Shown here piece by piece: positions 48,916 to 61,644 of a stretch of 64,000 nucleotides of DNA (position 1 is the stretch's first letter; each line of letters opens with the position of its first letter). The position numbers and the translations under genes were made by a program. The stretch comes from Convolutriloba macropyga (lineage: Eukaryota). The stretch lies in NCBI RefSeq assembly GCF_964194025.1, contig NC_134475.1, forward strand, positions 30,442,001 through 30,506,000, written 5' to 3'. Below the pieces are notes generated by a model. The model did not search any database. It was not told the DNA's origin and saw only the letters and a program-made list of their open reading frames with translations.

Positions 48916-51695
48916 ATGCTACAACTGATTTAAAAATGTATTGATGATTTTTCTGTCACGTAGCCAGGTCATTTAATTCTCATTTTACTGCAATTATAAC
49001 AGTTTTCAACCAAAGTTACTGTTTTTTACGACTTCGATTTCTCTGTTCTAAACAAACGACCGCATAGCAATTTTGACCTTTCAATTAATATAGCTAGTAG
49101 ACTTGTGATTCATTGTTTGATGCGAATCTACAAGTATATACCCTTAAAATTTGTATGACTTGAATCTCAACTTCTGGTCCTTAGGTTTTCGTACCTGCAT
49201 TAGAATTGTTCCTTGTAGACTTCAATCGAGGTGATTTTTTAACAACAAAGCGACCCAATTAATATTTTTTGATATTTTCATAATTGCTAAAAAAAATTAC
49301 AGTCCATTCAAACTAAGTGAAAGCATCAGTTTTTTTCTGATACATTGATATCTAAGCTTATGTTCCTTCCATCCATTACCTATAGGATTTTAAATTGCAA
49401 TGGTATGGGCATGTTTTTCTGAAGTGTTGCGTTTTGAAATAGTTGTGGTGGGGTTGGGTTAGTTTTTTTTGTATTTTCCTTGAGACTGAAAAGAATCCCA
49501 CGTGAATAAATAATACTTGGCTGCCATTGTCATATTGAGCTTTCTTTTGATATTTGAGAGCTAGTGTACTTGATTCGCTGTGTAAACGTGAGTTCAATTG
49601 AAGCTTGTAATTCATCTTACCAAATCCGCCTGAGTAAATTTTTTTGTGAGTCCAGGTTTTTTTAATAACCAGTCTAGATTGATGTGGGGAGTCTTGAGAA
49701 GAAATTGAAAGAAATTGAATTCGTTTATTTGTAGTATGTAGTGCAGCCTATTATGTTGAGAAGCCTCTTATCTGTTCCAAAGCAACTTTGATGAACATAA
49801 ATATTATTTACTAACATAGAGCATGTTCAGACATAGAGCATGTCCCATCACGAGTTTTTATCCGGTTATTTATTCTCATTCTTGTACCAGATTTTGTGCC
49901 GGATTTAGTGGACATGATTTGGTCAAACTAGATATATCGCATTGGTTAGAGCATAAACTAGCGACAGTTTGAGTCATGCTTAATCGCATTCCGGATTTTG
50001 CACCAGCGTTTTGAGCATAAAATTAGCGGAATTTAGCTGTAATGGTCATAGACGACAGATGGCGGTGAGAGTTTATGGTTTTGTTTTTTTCCTAGCTTTT
50101 TTACTTGTTTTTGCGCCAGTGGATATGAGCACAATTGGCGTTGGTACAACACACTGTATGAAACTGTGCTTTTGTTGTGCCATAGAATTGCTTAAATCAA
50201 ACAATATTGCTTCTATTGCACGAGGAATCACAATTTATCCGCTTAGCGCAAGATTTGGTGAAAAAGTATAGCGTATTGTATGCAAACACATCGTGCTCAA
50301 ACAAAACCTTTTTCTGCGCCATATTAAACGCTATGTGTGGATTAGCTGAATAGGACGCATGGAAAATTTAGCGTAAGTGATGTCGTGTGATAAACAAAGT
50401 GTTTACTTTGGGATTGCTGGTTGTTTTGTTTTCCATTAAATTTTATCCTTTATAATGTTTGTGACAGCTGGCTTCTCCCACCATTCCCGATTGCTGAAAC
50501 GTTATTCAGCGCGGAACAATGGAATTGTTGGTAAACGGTACTTTATGGTGTTAATTATTAATAAGATACTGTTAACATAGAAACATCATTTGCCTTTGAA
50601 GATAACATTTGCATTTTGAACTTGCGTAATTTTGTATAAAAATTGAGAGTATAAAAATAGGCATTCTGCATTAACGTTTTTATACTTAACATCTAGACCG
50701 TCTCAGCTTATTTTCGCATAATAGTGGAAGCAAAAATTGAGGTTTAACAGTTTAATTTGCTTTGTGACGTAAAGGGGTACGTCCTTATGCGACCTAATAT
50801 ATAGCTGCTAAATATTTCGCCATATGTTTGACATTGTTATTTTGTATTGAATTAATTGCTTCATTCAAGTGTCGAACTTTCGATCATTCTTTATTTATCT
50901 TTATCAGTTTTTTTATCACTCATCACAACTTACGAACTGAAACTTGATATCCCAGATATTTTAAAGTTCAGAATAGTTTCAAAGAGAATAGTTTCATTGT
51001 TTTCCTTAATGGTCTTCAAAGTATATTGTGAATATCTGACAATTTTCGTATATCTGTTTTCTTCCCTCATTTTTAAATTATAATTGGAGATCTCACGCTG
51101 TTTTATAATTACTTGGATTGCACTGTTAAGAGATTAAGTCAGGTGAAAGTCCTGTTAGAAAACGGTTTACCAAGGTATGGTGTAGATAACATAACATGAA
51201 AAAAGGACTGCCAATATACTACTGCAATGTTGTTAGCTCAAACTAAATATTATGAAGCTTCGAGAGAAACATGGCCGTCTTTATTTATCTACGTGGTTCC
51301 ATTTTACGCTCTTAGTTCAAACCAAATTTAGACTTTTTGATCTTCTCGCTTTTAGTTTTCAACAATTTACTCCTCTAATCTCTTGTACGCGTTTTACATG
51401 GTCAGTAATTGCTCTTTGAAAGTGACGTTTTTATCAAAGAGCACGGCAGACTGGTACTAATGCTGTAATGGTTCACTAATGCGTCTTACAAAAGGTATTT
51501 TAAAAATCATGTTTTGTCAAGACACACTGCCACTCGAGAACAATTCGGTACCATACCGAAGCTGACCATTGTTCTACCATACTTTCACACATACACTGTT
51601 AGTTTCAAACTTTGGTTATCGTAGGACTGTAACACCGATTATCATTAGATATCACTTTAGCATTTATTATATAGTAGCTATTATTAACTTTCGTA

Positions 51696-52788
51696 ATGGG
51701 ACTTCTTAAGAGGTTTAGTAGATCGCGTAGCTCTGAAAAGTTTCAATCAAACAAACAGCATCCAAGTCAAGCTGCGAATGAACCTGGAATGCTTGGTCGA
51801 TTACCGAAATTCCGTTCGAAAAGCAAAGGGTCTGGAATTGATTCGAAAACCGCAGAGCCCACTGTAAGTCCTCCTACCAACGGAAACTGGAATTCGGAAT
51901 CGCACTCTTTGCATCGGAAACCGATCGGAAGTGTCTCTTCTAACTTTGGGGAACCTTCATCAACTCTGTCTAATCTACAGTCATTGACTTTACAACCATC
52001 AAGGTCCAGCTCAGGATTTCATTCTCTGGAACATAACCCGGATACCTCCTTTGATCAGCCAGTAATACATCAGGCTCCCTCCCAGCAATCCGGACGGCCG
52101 TTACTACCAACGGCTCCAAAACCGCCCCTAATCCAACAGGAAAAACGGAAAAGCCCGCCAATTCCACCAGTTAACGACAAAGCAGTGCATCCTGATCAGA
52201 GTTTACAGGGGAGTAGTAAGGATGCATTTAATGGATCTCCCGAGGCGCAACGGTTCGATAAACCTTTGATAATTGAGATACCAAAAATAGTGTGTGAAAG
52301 GTGTAGGGACGCGTGTACTGTTGAGGCCTTGAAAATCAATAATGTTTACTACCACCCGCATTGCTTTGTGTGCAGTGCTTGTAATGTGCAATTATCCAAC
52401 AGTCCGTACTTTGCGAAAGACGGGGGCATTTACTGCAGCAAGGATTTCAACGCCCTGTTTGGAACTAAATGCCGCTCCTGTAAAAACTATATTCAGGGCG
52501 ACGTTGTTGCAGTTCTGGGTTTTACGTACCATCCAGCTTGTTTCAATTGTTCCCGCTGTGGAAAGAGTTTTGAGGCCGGGCAAGAAGTTATTATCGATAA
52601 AGACGAAACTTATTGCGAAAACTGCCCCAGTGAGATTATAACAGACGATTTACTACAGCAGAATTCAATGTTTTGTAGTGGCTGCAAAGCACTAATCGCT
52701 GATATGTCCAAGTCGCTGTGCGCTTTGGAGGGTAACTGGCACCCACAATGTCTGAAATGCCACGCATGTCAAAATCTTCTCACCAAAG
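51696..52788 (+). CDS. ABLIM: Actin-binding LIM protein (abLIM/UNC-115), exon 1
   Basis: LIM1 CERC..HPHCFVCSAC..YCSKDF, LIM2 CRSC..HPACFNCSRC, and the start of LIM3. Donor G|gtaaat at 52789. Confidence 0.92.
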
Positions 52789-52978
52789 GTAAATTTTATA
52801 TCTAAAATATCCTCCTCTAATATAAAACGTCTGTTGTTTAACATATTTTGTCTGGCTACTTTATTACCTATAAATAACTCTGTGCTCGTAAATAACCCAG
52901 ATAGCATACGGCGAAGTATTTACTTATAACCGCCAAGATTATAACCCGGTTGTTACCTGTGTTGGTTTCTGTGTTTAG

Positions 52979-55200
52979 AATACTTTGTTCATGGTCGTAA
53001 CATTTACTGCGAGAAGGATTATCTCAAACAATTCGGAGTGAAGTGTAACAATTGTGGCGAGTATATTGTTGGAAAAGTTATCGAAGCAGGAAGTAAACGC
53101 TACCATCCCACCTGTGCAGTATGTTCGGTCTGCAGCGGAATATTTGCCGAAGGCCAGGATATGTTAGTACATGGAGACGAAGTCTGGCATCCCGGCTGCA
53201 ATTCTAGACATAGCAACAAATCCAGAAGTACAGTTAACGATTCCTCATTCCACGATTCTTCAATATACACGACTGACGATCTCAATATAAGCGACGATTT
53301 GAACTCGATAAACGTCGTCACTTTAGACTACTCAGTTCCAGACGAATTGCTCTCGCATTTTGAGACTCCCACAACCGAGCGCAATTCATCAATTTCAAAC
53401 CGAAATCCCTCTTTTGACCAACTTAGTAAGAGTCCGGCGCCCAAAACGCCTCCCGTGATTAAACCGAAACCGAGCAAAACTCCTGACCTATACGAAAACA
53501 TTGAGATACCGTACTTGAAGTTCCCAAACAGATCCGCTTCATCTGCTATTCCACAAAACTCTGGCTCTAGTCAGTTCATATCGCTTTCACCGGAATTAAG
53601 ACCTCCACTTCACCATAAATCTCAGCCTTTTCCGACCACTGCAAGTTTGTATGATATTCCCTACGGAGATGACGCACCTGATTTTATTCCAGAAACACCA
53701 GCGACTACCCCGTATAGCAATGTCACCCTTGAAACTGCAGACTCGATTCTCAATATGCCGCGATCTAGAAGTTTTGACAGAAACAAGCAATCGGCAATTC
53801 CTTTCGCGGCTCCTGTAATGTCCGAAAATATGTTTCGATCAAAATCAAACGACAGATTGAGAGTGTTCCAGCCGAAAGGGTCTGATGCATATATTGGCGG
53901 TTACCTCAATCCAGCAGATCCATCTGATTTAGCTCCTGGACTCTTTCATCGATTTCCTAGTTTGAAGAAACAACAATCCTACGATAAGCACCGACAGAGG
54001 CAGTCTTCCTTTTCCCAACCTCCAAAGGCTCCTGAAAACGTTTTCACTCGTCCGGGCAATTTAAACAATCGAGGAAGCTATCAACGAAGCGGATCTCTGG
54101 TCTCGCAACCCGAACCCTTCAAATATCAACGAAGCATTTCACAAGCTTCAAGGCTTAAAGATGAAGTCATGCAAACGGCAACGTATGAGGCACCGAGATC
54201 TAAATCCTCATTTGACCTCGGAAACAGAGCCAGACGAGTTAATTCTGACGATTATACAGAGAACAGCGCAAAGTGTTTCTATGACAAAGAGAGAGCCAGC
54301 AAGAGTTCCAGACTTGGCCTGGCTTTTCCGACCACACCAGAAGAAGATACAGTGGCGTCCAAGTTTGACCAGCATCTTCAGAAATCGTCAATTGGCAAAG
54401 AGTATCTTCAGAAAACTAAAGAGAAAACTGCAAAAGAGAAGTTTGAGGACAATCTGAAAGTGTCGGATGATCCGAGGAGCGCGTCGCGTGATCCAAGTGC
54501 CCTTTTGCCTCCCCAAAATCCTCTCAGATACAGGAACCCCTACCAAGCCTCTCCCTCTCGCATTTTGGGTTACCTCGAGATTGATGACGAAAGCGATGAA
54601 GCTGAACATACCTCGGAGCTTGCCGAAGTATTCCGATCGCGTAACAAGAAACAAACTGTGAAGCCCCACCGAGAGAGACAAGTATCAGCAGGCGCTACTA
54701 CAACCGATGACTCGGGTCTTGATTGCTTTTCAGAACCAGAAGGGAATCGCAAATCCACGTCAACCTCTCGACTCTTGGATTCACACAAAGGTTACAGATC
54801 AGACTTCGAACCCGCCGAAACTTCCAGAAAACAGCGAAAGAGCAACGAACGTCGAGCGAAGCTGCTCCATAATAATTTTATCAACTACATGAAAGCAGTG
54901 AAACATGGGCATGTCACTGGCTATGCAAGTGAAGATAATTTAGACGATGCAGACACGCTGAGCGCACTTTCAGAAGCTCCCTTTCCGAGTACTACATCAG
55001 CACGAGAAGTCAAAGTTTACAGATTGAATCAAATTCAGACTACTAACAGACGTCTTCCTAGAGATGTGAAAAGAAAGCACTTAGAAGTGCATTTATCAGA
55101 GCAAGAATTCTACGTGACTTTTCAAATGAGTCGAGGCGCGTTCTATCAATTGCCGATATGGAAAAGGAATATCTTAAAGAAATTCAACTATCTTTTCTAG
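52979..55200 (+). CDS. ABLIM: abLIM/UNC-115, exon 2 (spliced product 1104 aa)
   Basis: Acceptor gtgtttag at 52978. The phase-1 splice restores LLTKEYFVHGRNIYCEKDYLKQFGVKC. Then LIM4, a DPRSASRDPSA motif, and a C-terminal villin headpiece LPRDVKRKHLEVHLSEQEF...LPIWKRNILKKFNYLF. Confidence 0.93.
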
Positions 55201-55984
55201 TTTTATCCTATCATTTATTGGGGTTAAAATTTTTTATGCTACTGAAGTCAGCTCTTTTTGCTGTACGTTTAGTTCTCGAGATTTAAGATCACCCGTCTAA
55301 CATCACACATGAATTTGAAGTTGCAATAATTACCACAATTTATTAATGCTGTAACAATTGAAGTTTTATTTACTGTGTTTTCATATTCACTCAATATTGA
55401 TTTATCGTATGATCATCTAATGTCATTCGTTGATGACTTGATTGCGACCATTGGTTTAGAAATCATTGTTCAAAAATTCATCAAGCGAAGCAGATTCTTT
55501 GTTAAAATGAGTTTATTGCCAAATGAAATACATCTTTTCTAGTACTCGAAAAACATATTTAAGCCATTTGCTTTCTAGAGCTTTTTTCTGTTACCGGAAA
55601 ATATTTTGGCTGTACGCGGCTTAAATATTAAATTGAAGCACTCAAACTCACGAATCCATTGTCAGAGTAACCAAATTGTTGAAAAAATTGCTTCAGTTGA
55701 CGGAAAATAAGGAGAAAGTAATTGATGAAATTAACGAATAGGAGGGGGACGCTTAACTCAATTAGTGGACTGTTGATTCAAATTAGAACCATAGCAGCAA
55801 TGAGCCAAGTAATATATTTACATCATTGGAAAAACCACTGTAACAATACTAGTTATAGTCGTGTTGAATTACGAAGATTGCTCCGAGTGATGAGACGCCA
55901 CCATGCACAATTAAGCAAAATTATCGGTAAACTTGCCGGTGCGCAATATTTTCTGAATTTGCTTTGCTCATTTGTGCCCATCTG

Positions 55985-56990
55985 ATCTTCTAGTGTCATA
56001 TCAGTAGACATTGGCGATCATGAGTTTTCCGCGCACTCTTTCAAAAAAAAACTCGGAGCCCGTCCATCTCTGGATTTGATTCATCAGCATTTGTCTCTGC
56101 CTTCCATGAGTTCGCTTTCCAATGATTTTGCCTGTCATCGCCAGATGTTCTAGCTCTTCTTTTCTCATGGGATGTTCGAAAAACTTCACTGGTCGATTCT
56201 CTAGCCATTGTAGTAACAGTCTGTTCCTGATCGTCTTATTAAAAAATTATTGTTTTTGTTGTCAAGCCAATTCTCTCCCTTCTCCTGAGGAACATTTCCG
56301 CAGCTTCAACTTTCGCTGTGCCAGCTTTTGATTGTCCTTGATTGCGAGCCATACAGAAGGATTGTAGAAACACAGCAAAAGAGGACGCGATAAAGGAGTG
56401 TGAAAGGCATCTTGATGTTGCATAGAACTCTTTTCATGGCCATGAAGGCTTGTTTAGCAATCGTGGTTCAAGTAAAATGTATTTTGTGCATCGTTCATCC
56501 GAAATCATATTTAATCTTAGATATTCTAAGTAATCCTCCTTCTCGAGTTGCGCACCATCACTAGAGACTTCAAGTTTGTCGGGACTCCTGTTGCCTTCGG
56601 ATTTTTTTATTTTAGTTTTCTTTGTTTTTTTTTTCATTTCAAATTTATTGCAGTTGTCATTGACTGATATTACGATATTTTGTAAATCTCCCTGGGAGCT
56701 CGCAAGATTAAGATGGTGTCATCAGCATACCGAATATCCTAAGTGTCAATATTTCAGTGCGGTTTTAAAATTATGTTTTGAATATGCGGTATTTTTGTAC
56801 TGTTAGTGAATGTACTGTTAACGTCGTGTGACGCCCTCTTTTTCGGTTCTACATTTCTTCACGCCGCAAAGTTGAAACAGTGAAATTTTCTCAATGACTG
56901 CTTCCTCTCACTAACGGCATTTTCTTGCGTGAAGTCACTTATCACTCTCTTCAGCCTACCACTCTCTGGTCATTTGCGTGATTAGATTTT
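55985..56990 (-). mobile_element. Degenerate 3' fragment of an RTE-clade LINE
   Basis: YADD at 56729-56718, YLEYL..ISDERC, and the RTE-type C-terminus KFFEHPMRKEELEHLAMTGKIIGKRTHGRQR. Confidence 0.8.
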
Positions 56991-59900
56991 GATCATACGT
57001 GACTTGCCTCACTCAAGAAAATGACTTTTACACTTTAAAACTTAAGTATAATTTCATTTAGTGTAAGTAACTCGTATATGTAATATAGTTCCTAATGAAA
57101 AGGCTTTGTGGAGTATTTTTTATAAAGCATGATTAATTCTGCTTTTTAATGTTAAATAGTTTTTGGAGCGCCGTCGATAGGTTTTTCAACTTATATCTGT
57201 ATCTGTATTATTACGGTACGCAAGTCGATATTTTTCGCAGCTAATCCGGCAATCTGCCGGCTATGTTTAACGATGGGGTGGTAGTTAGCCATTGAAGATC
57301 GCCAGTTCTAAGATAATTTCGATCATTTTTTGTTTCCGTCTGTTGAATTGCTTAGTTTTTTTTGTAAAGCTAATATTAATCTGTATTTTTCTGCAAACTG
57401 ACTATTGCGAGAAACTTTTTTGATTAGCATGGGCGAAAAATTTTTCGTGGCAATACAAATGCTTGAGTTCATTTGAAATAAATTATCCGTTGACTAATTT
57501 GTGAGTTGTGCCTCTTTTTTTCATTTAAATTTTGCTTCCTTATTTAAAAAATCTTAGTGATTTTGTTTGATGTTTTCAAGATGTTCCTGACGAATGCAAG
57601 CGGAAGCTTTTTCCGGAGAAGTTTCGAATCATTAAATTTAATGTTCTGTCTTTGGGATTTTTGGTCTTAAAGGTTTACCTCCTATCTATTTACCTCCTAC
57701 CTCCTAACTGAATTTTTAGGCTAGTTTTTCAAATTAAATCTAGTGAGAATAATGCTCAAAATAGAATTTAGTTACTAGATTTTCTCATATAGGTTTCTGA
57801 CGGATGATTTTGTTTTTAAAATTGCTTGCTGAAATTTTGGTTTTGTAGAAAATAAAACAGCTCGGTTCATTTGATTTTTGCTGCTGAAAATCTGTCTGAG
57901 AACTTTAAAAATATAAGACATAGAATTTTTAACATGCAATTTAATATTCCATTCAAGTTTTTTAGTTTCATGATACCCTGTTTTTCAATTCAAAATGACA
58001 AACTGGTTTAAACAGTGGAAACGACAAACTAAAATGAAGAGTTGATGATAATGGTTACGCTATCAGCAGTTCTGATTCCTACAAGAATTGTTTCCTCGTA
58101 ATTTCACCAGAAGTGCGAGGCTGGGAAATGGTGACCGTTAATTTTTTAGGCCGCGAGAATGGGCAAAATTCGGAAAGAAGTCATCTCTTTATTCCGTTTA
58201 AAAATGTATATTTTAACATCTGATTTTTGCCTGAATGCATTTGACAAGCTGTATTTATCTTAATAATTGTTTTTTTTCTTATCAACAAATCGGAAGATGA
58301 TTTTTATCTGCTCACGATTATACTTTGACGCATCACTGTGGCGTGTGTCTTTCAGAATTTTTGCATGATTGTTTTCTAGAATATTTTTCTCTCGCTTGAG
58401 GAATGTGACTTTTTGTCGAAATGAAGGACATAAACTGGTAAAGCCCGATGGCTTTAAGTTGCTGTGTAGTTCTTTCAGACCCTTAGACTCTAAGTGGACG
58501 ATTCACCGAGGAAACAAAACACAAATTGAGAATCCGGTATGTTTTTGGACCCCGCCACCGCACGTAGCCTGTGCGGTTGACCTTCCTTAACTTCAACCTT
58601 GACAAAGCTTTATCATTTCAAGCATAATGAATTTGAGAAACACTTTGATGTCCAAAAAATGTTTTGAAAAAATTTTGTTCAGTATGTTTGTTCAAATTTT
58701 TTTATTGTTTTACTGGGCTTTTTTATGTGATGTCATTATTTTTTTAATAAATGCTATGCTGACATAATCTTCTTCGAGAGGGCAATCTCGAAGATTTTTT
58801 TATGACTAGTCGCCGAATCGTACTAAATTTTCTTTGCAATGGTATCATTTGATCAACATTTTTATTGCCTACATTTTGTTGACATTCCAAATTTAAAAAT
58901 TCTGTAAGTTTTCTCAATCTTGCCAAAGCACATAATTATTCAACTTTGGCTGACGTTTGCGGTATTCTGGCCATTTAGTTTCCGATGTACGGCCAGATTT
59001 AGTTTGTAGATGAGTGCTGGCTCTGTTGGGGGACATTTTGTTCTGCAGTCAACTTTTAGTTTGGGTTTTTCAGTTTAACCGAAAACTTTGAGTTGAATGG
59101 TTAATTCATTTTCGATCTAGACAATTCTTGTTAGTTGAATATATTTTGCCCCCACTCTTCTTTTTACATAAGTAAAATTTATTCACACTGCAGTCATTTT
59201 TTATCATTCCGTTTTTAAACATCGGCTCTTTGGCTTCAAGAAAGCAAGTTGGTACAGTATATTCTCAACATACGCTGATTTGAGTAGAACTTTTTTAACA
59301 GCTAAAAGTATACGTCATCAATGAAGCTTGAATTGGTATGTTTGTGGCTAAGAGAAACTTAGAAAGAGCCAGTTTTTAACAGACGACGCTTTGAATGGAG
59401 GAAACATTCATTTCTCTATTGCGGCCCTGTGGATTTCCTACAATGATTCTACATATCAGATCGCACTGCTGGATTTGTTTTCTACTTATCCCGATAATTA
59501 AAAATTGCGGTCTGTAGACCATTAAAATAGTAATCGGACTTACCTTTTCTTAAGGTGTTTTTTTCATGAACGGCATGTATGTGTATGTTCTACATTTTTG
59601 CCTGATTATCTTGTGGTGTTGCCTAATTGATCTTGTTGTGGTTGGATTCACATGGAAGGCAAAAAAAGAGTAATGTCAAAATAGTTATGCGGTCATTATT
59701 AACAGTTATGGAAAAATGATTTTTTTTTTGGGGGGGGGGGGGGGCTCTGATTTCTGTTGATATTAATAAGAAATTTAGTTGATTTTTCTGCTGACAGCGA
59801 GGTGTGAATACTCAAACTCGAGGAATCAATCCAATATGCAAATAAATCTGCAAAAAAAAAATTGACACAAAACCACAATAACAAGCATACCAATGATTTT

Positions 59901-60708
59901 ATTTTGTTACTAGTTTCTGCTAAAATAAGCAAATTTGAAATTTGCATACAGCGTTTTGCATTTGACGGGTTGGAGCATAATGAGTGAACGCTCATTAACG
60001 ATCCTTGTTCCCTCTATGAGACCTACTGTTCATATCATCTATCGCTGTAAAATGTTTAATGACCTTCATTAGCTTCCTGTTATGCCGGATATTTTCCGTG
60101 CGTCATTTTGTCCTACTGATATTCAAGTTACTCTCACTGTTTGTTTTGGCTCTGGTGATAGATGCGCGATCTGAAATTCTGCTTCACGCTGGCATCAATT
60201 AAATCACTTGACTAATTTTTGAATGTGCCCTATAATATAAATTGAAGGATAGATAATCCTATTAGAATATACTACATGAAACTTGCATAATGAACTCCAA
60301 TTATGTCAAATAGAATTTCTGGAAGGATAATAAACGGGCCTATAGCTCTTCAAACATTGCCCTTACTTAATCTACTGACGTATGTAACTTCAATAATGCC
60401 CCTAATATTGTTTCACCAATCAGTGTTCATTATGCAAATTTTCTGAAGCCTCAATTCGATAATTTTGATTTGTGATTAGTCAATATGTGATCAAATTGCT
60501 GAATGGTTATTTGTATTATTTAATTGCTAAGAACCAGCTCTAGACTGAGAGCAATTAGTCCTCCCTGTCGATTATATTTGCATTAATTTTTGCATATTTC
60601 CAACGTCCCTTCTACTTATCTTTGGGGCTCTGAACTTTTTGAAAGGGGACTGTTTAATGTACAAAATTGATAATTATGAAGGTTGCATATGATTTTACAG
60701 GATTTAAA

Positions 60709-61272
60709 ATGTCATTAATTCGACTAGTTCTGCAAAGTATCGAGGAGACAATACTGAAGTCTCTGGCACCGTCATCAGCTCCTGTTTTTGCATCAGTACC
60801 CGATTCTCACAGGAGCAGTCTAATTGACGATGTTTGGTCAAGTCTTCGAGATCCCTTCATCCTAATGGCTGCTCCCAAAAGTCGCAAATCAGCTTATACA
60901 GTTCGACAGAGAAGGAGAGCTCCTTCGAAGTTGATTCCAAGACGACCTGACTTGGAACCGTGTTCTGTTTGTGGAAATACTAAGGTCAAATTCTACCTAT
61001 GTACCCATTGTTACACTCGAATTATGCAAGAAACTAGAGAAATACAGGCAAAAATGGCTGAAGTGTACTCCAATCCCTTGAAGGCGGTTACGGAGGAAGT
61101 CACGTTGTTGTATGACGAAATTCAAAAATCTACTGACAATCGGAAAAAATTAAGCGGCAATGATGAGAAAACGTCGGGCTCTAATGACGAAACGGTGCTT
61201 CAAGATGACCAAGCTAGTTCAAATGAAATTTCAATTCGCATGCAGAAGAAACGACCATCGTGGTTTTTCTAA
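60709..61272 (+). CDS. MRPL32: Mitochondrial ribosomal protein bL32m, intronless, 187 aa
   Basis: Presequence followed by ILMAAPKSRKS, the zinc ribbon CSVCG..K..LCTHCY, and the C-terminal KKRPSWF. The ATG at 60709 follows an acceptor at 60700. Confidence 0.9.
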   Translation: MSLIRLVLQSIEETILKSLAPSSAPVFASVPDSHRSSLIDDVWSSLRDPFILMAAPKSRKSAYTVRQRRRAPSKLIPRRPDLEPCSVCGNTKVKFYLCTHCYTRIMQETREIQAKMAEVYSNPLKAVTEEVTLLYDEIQKSTDNRKKLSGNDEKTSGSNDETVLQDDQASSNEISIRMQKKRPSWFF

Positions 61273-61644
61273 ATTTTCATTCAGTCTGCTTTGTTGCGTC
61301 AATTTATTTTTGGAGTACTGCTACCGTTTTTAGATTAGATAGCCAAATACAGGAAATGGGTGTAGGTGCTACAGTCTGTATTGATGCTTTAGTTTTTGCT
61401 CAAATAACGCCGATAGTTATGTCTCATTGCTTACGTACTTCACTTGCGTAATAAGCTTTCTCTCCTTCAGCAGAGACGGACTAAGTGTCGTGTCAAATGA
61501 TTTCTGTTATAACTAATATGCCACGTTCACAACACAAACGTTTTGTCATGTTTAAAGCATGGGGTTAAAAAATTGAATGAGGTACGTTGTGAAATCTTAG
61601 TTTTGAGAGAGAGAACTAAAAAATTTAATCCTTTTAGGTAAAGT

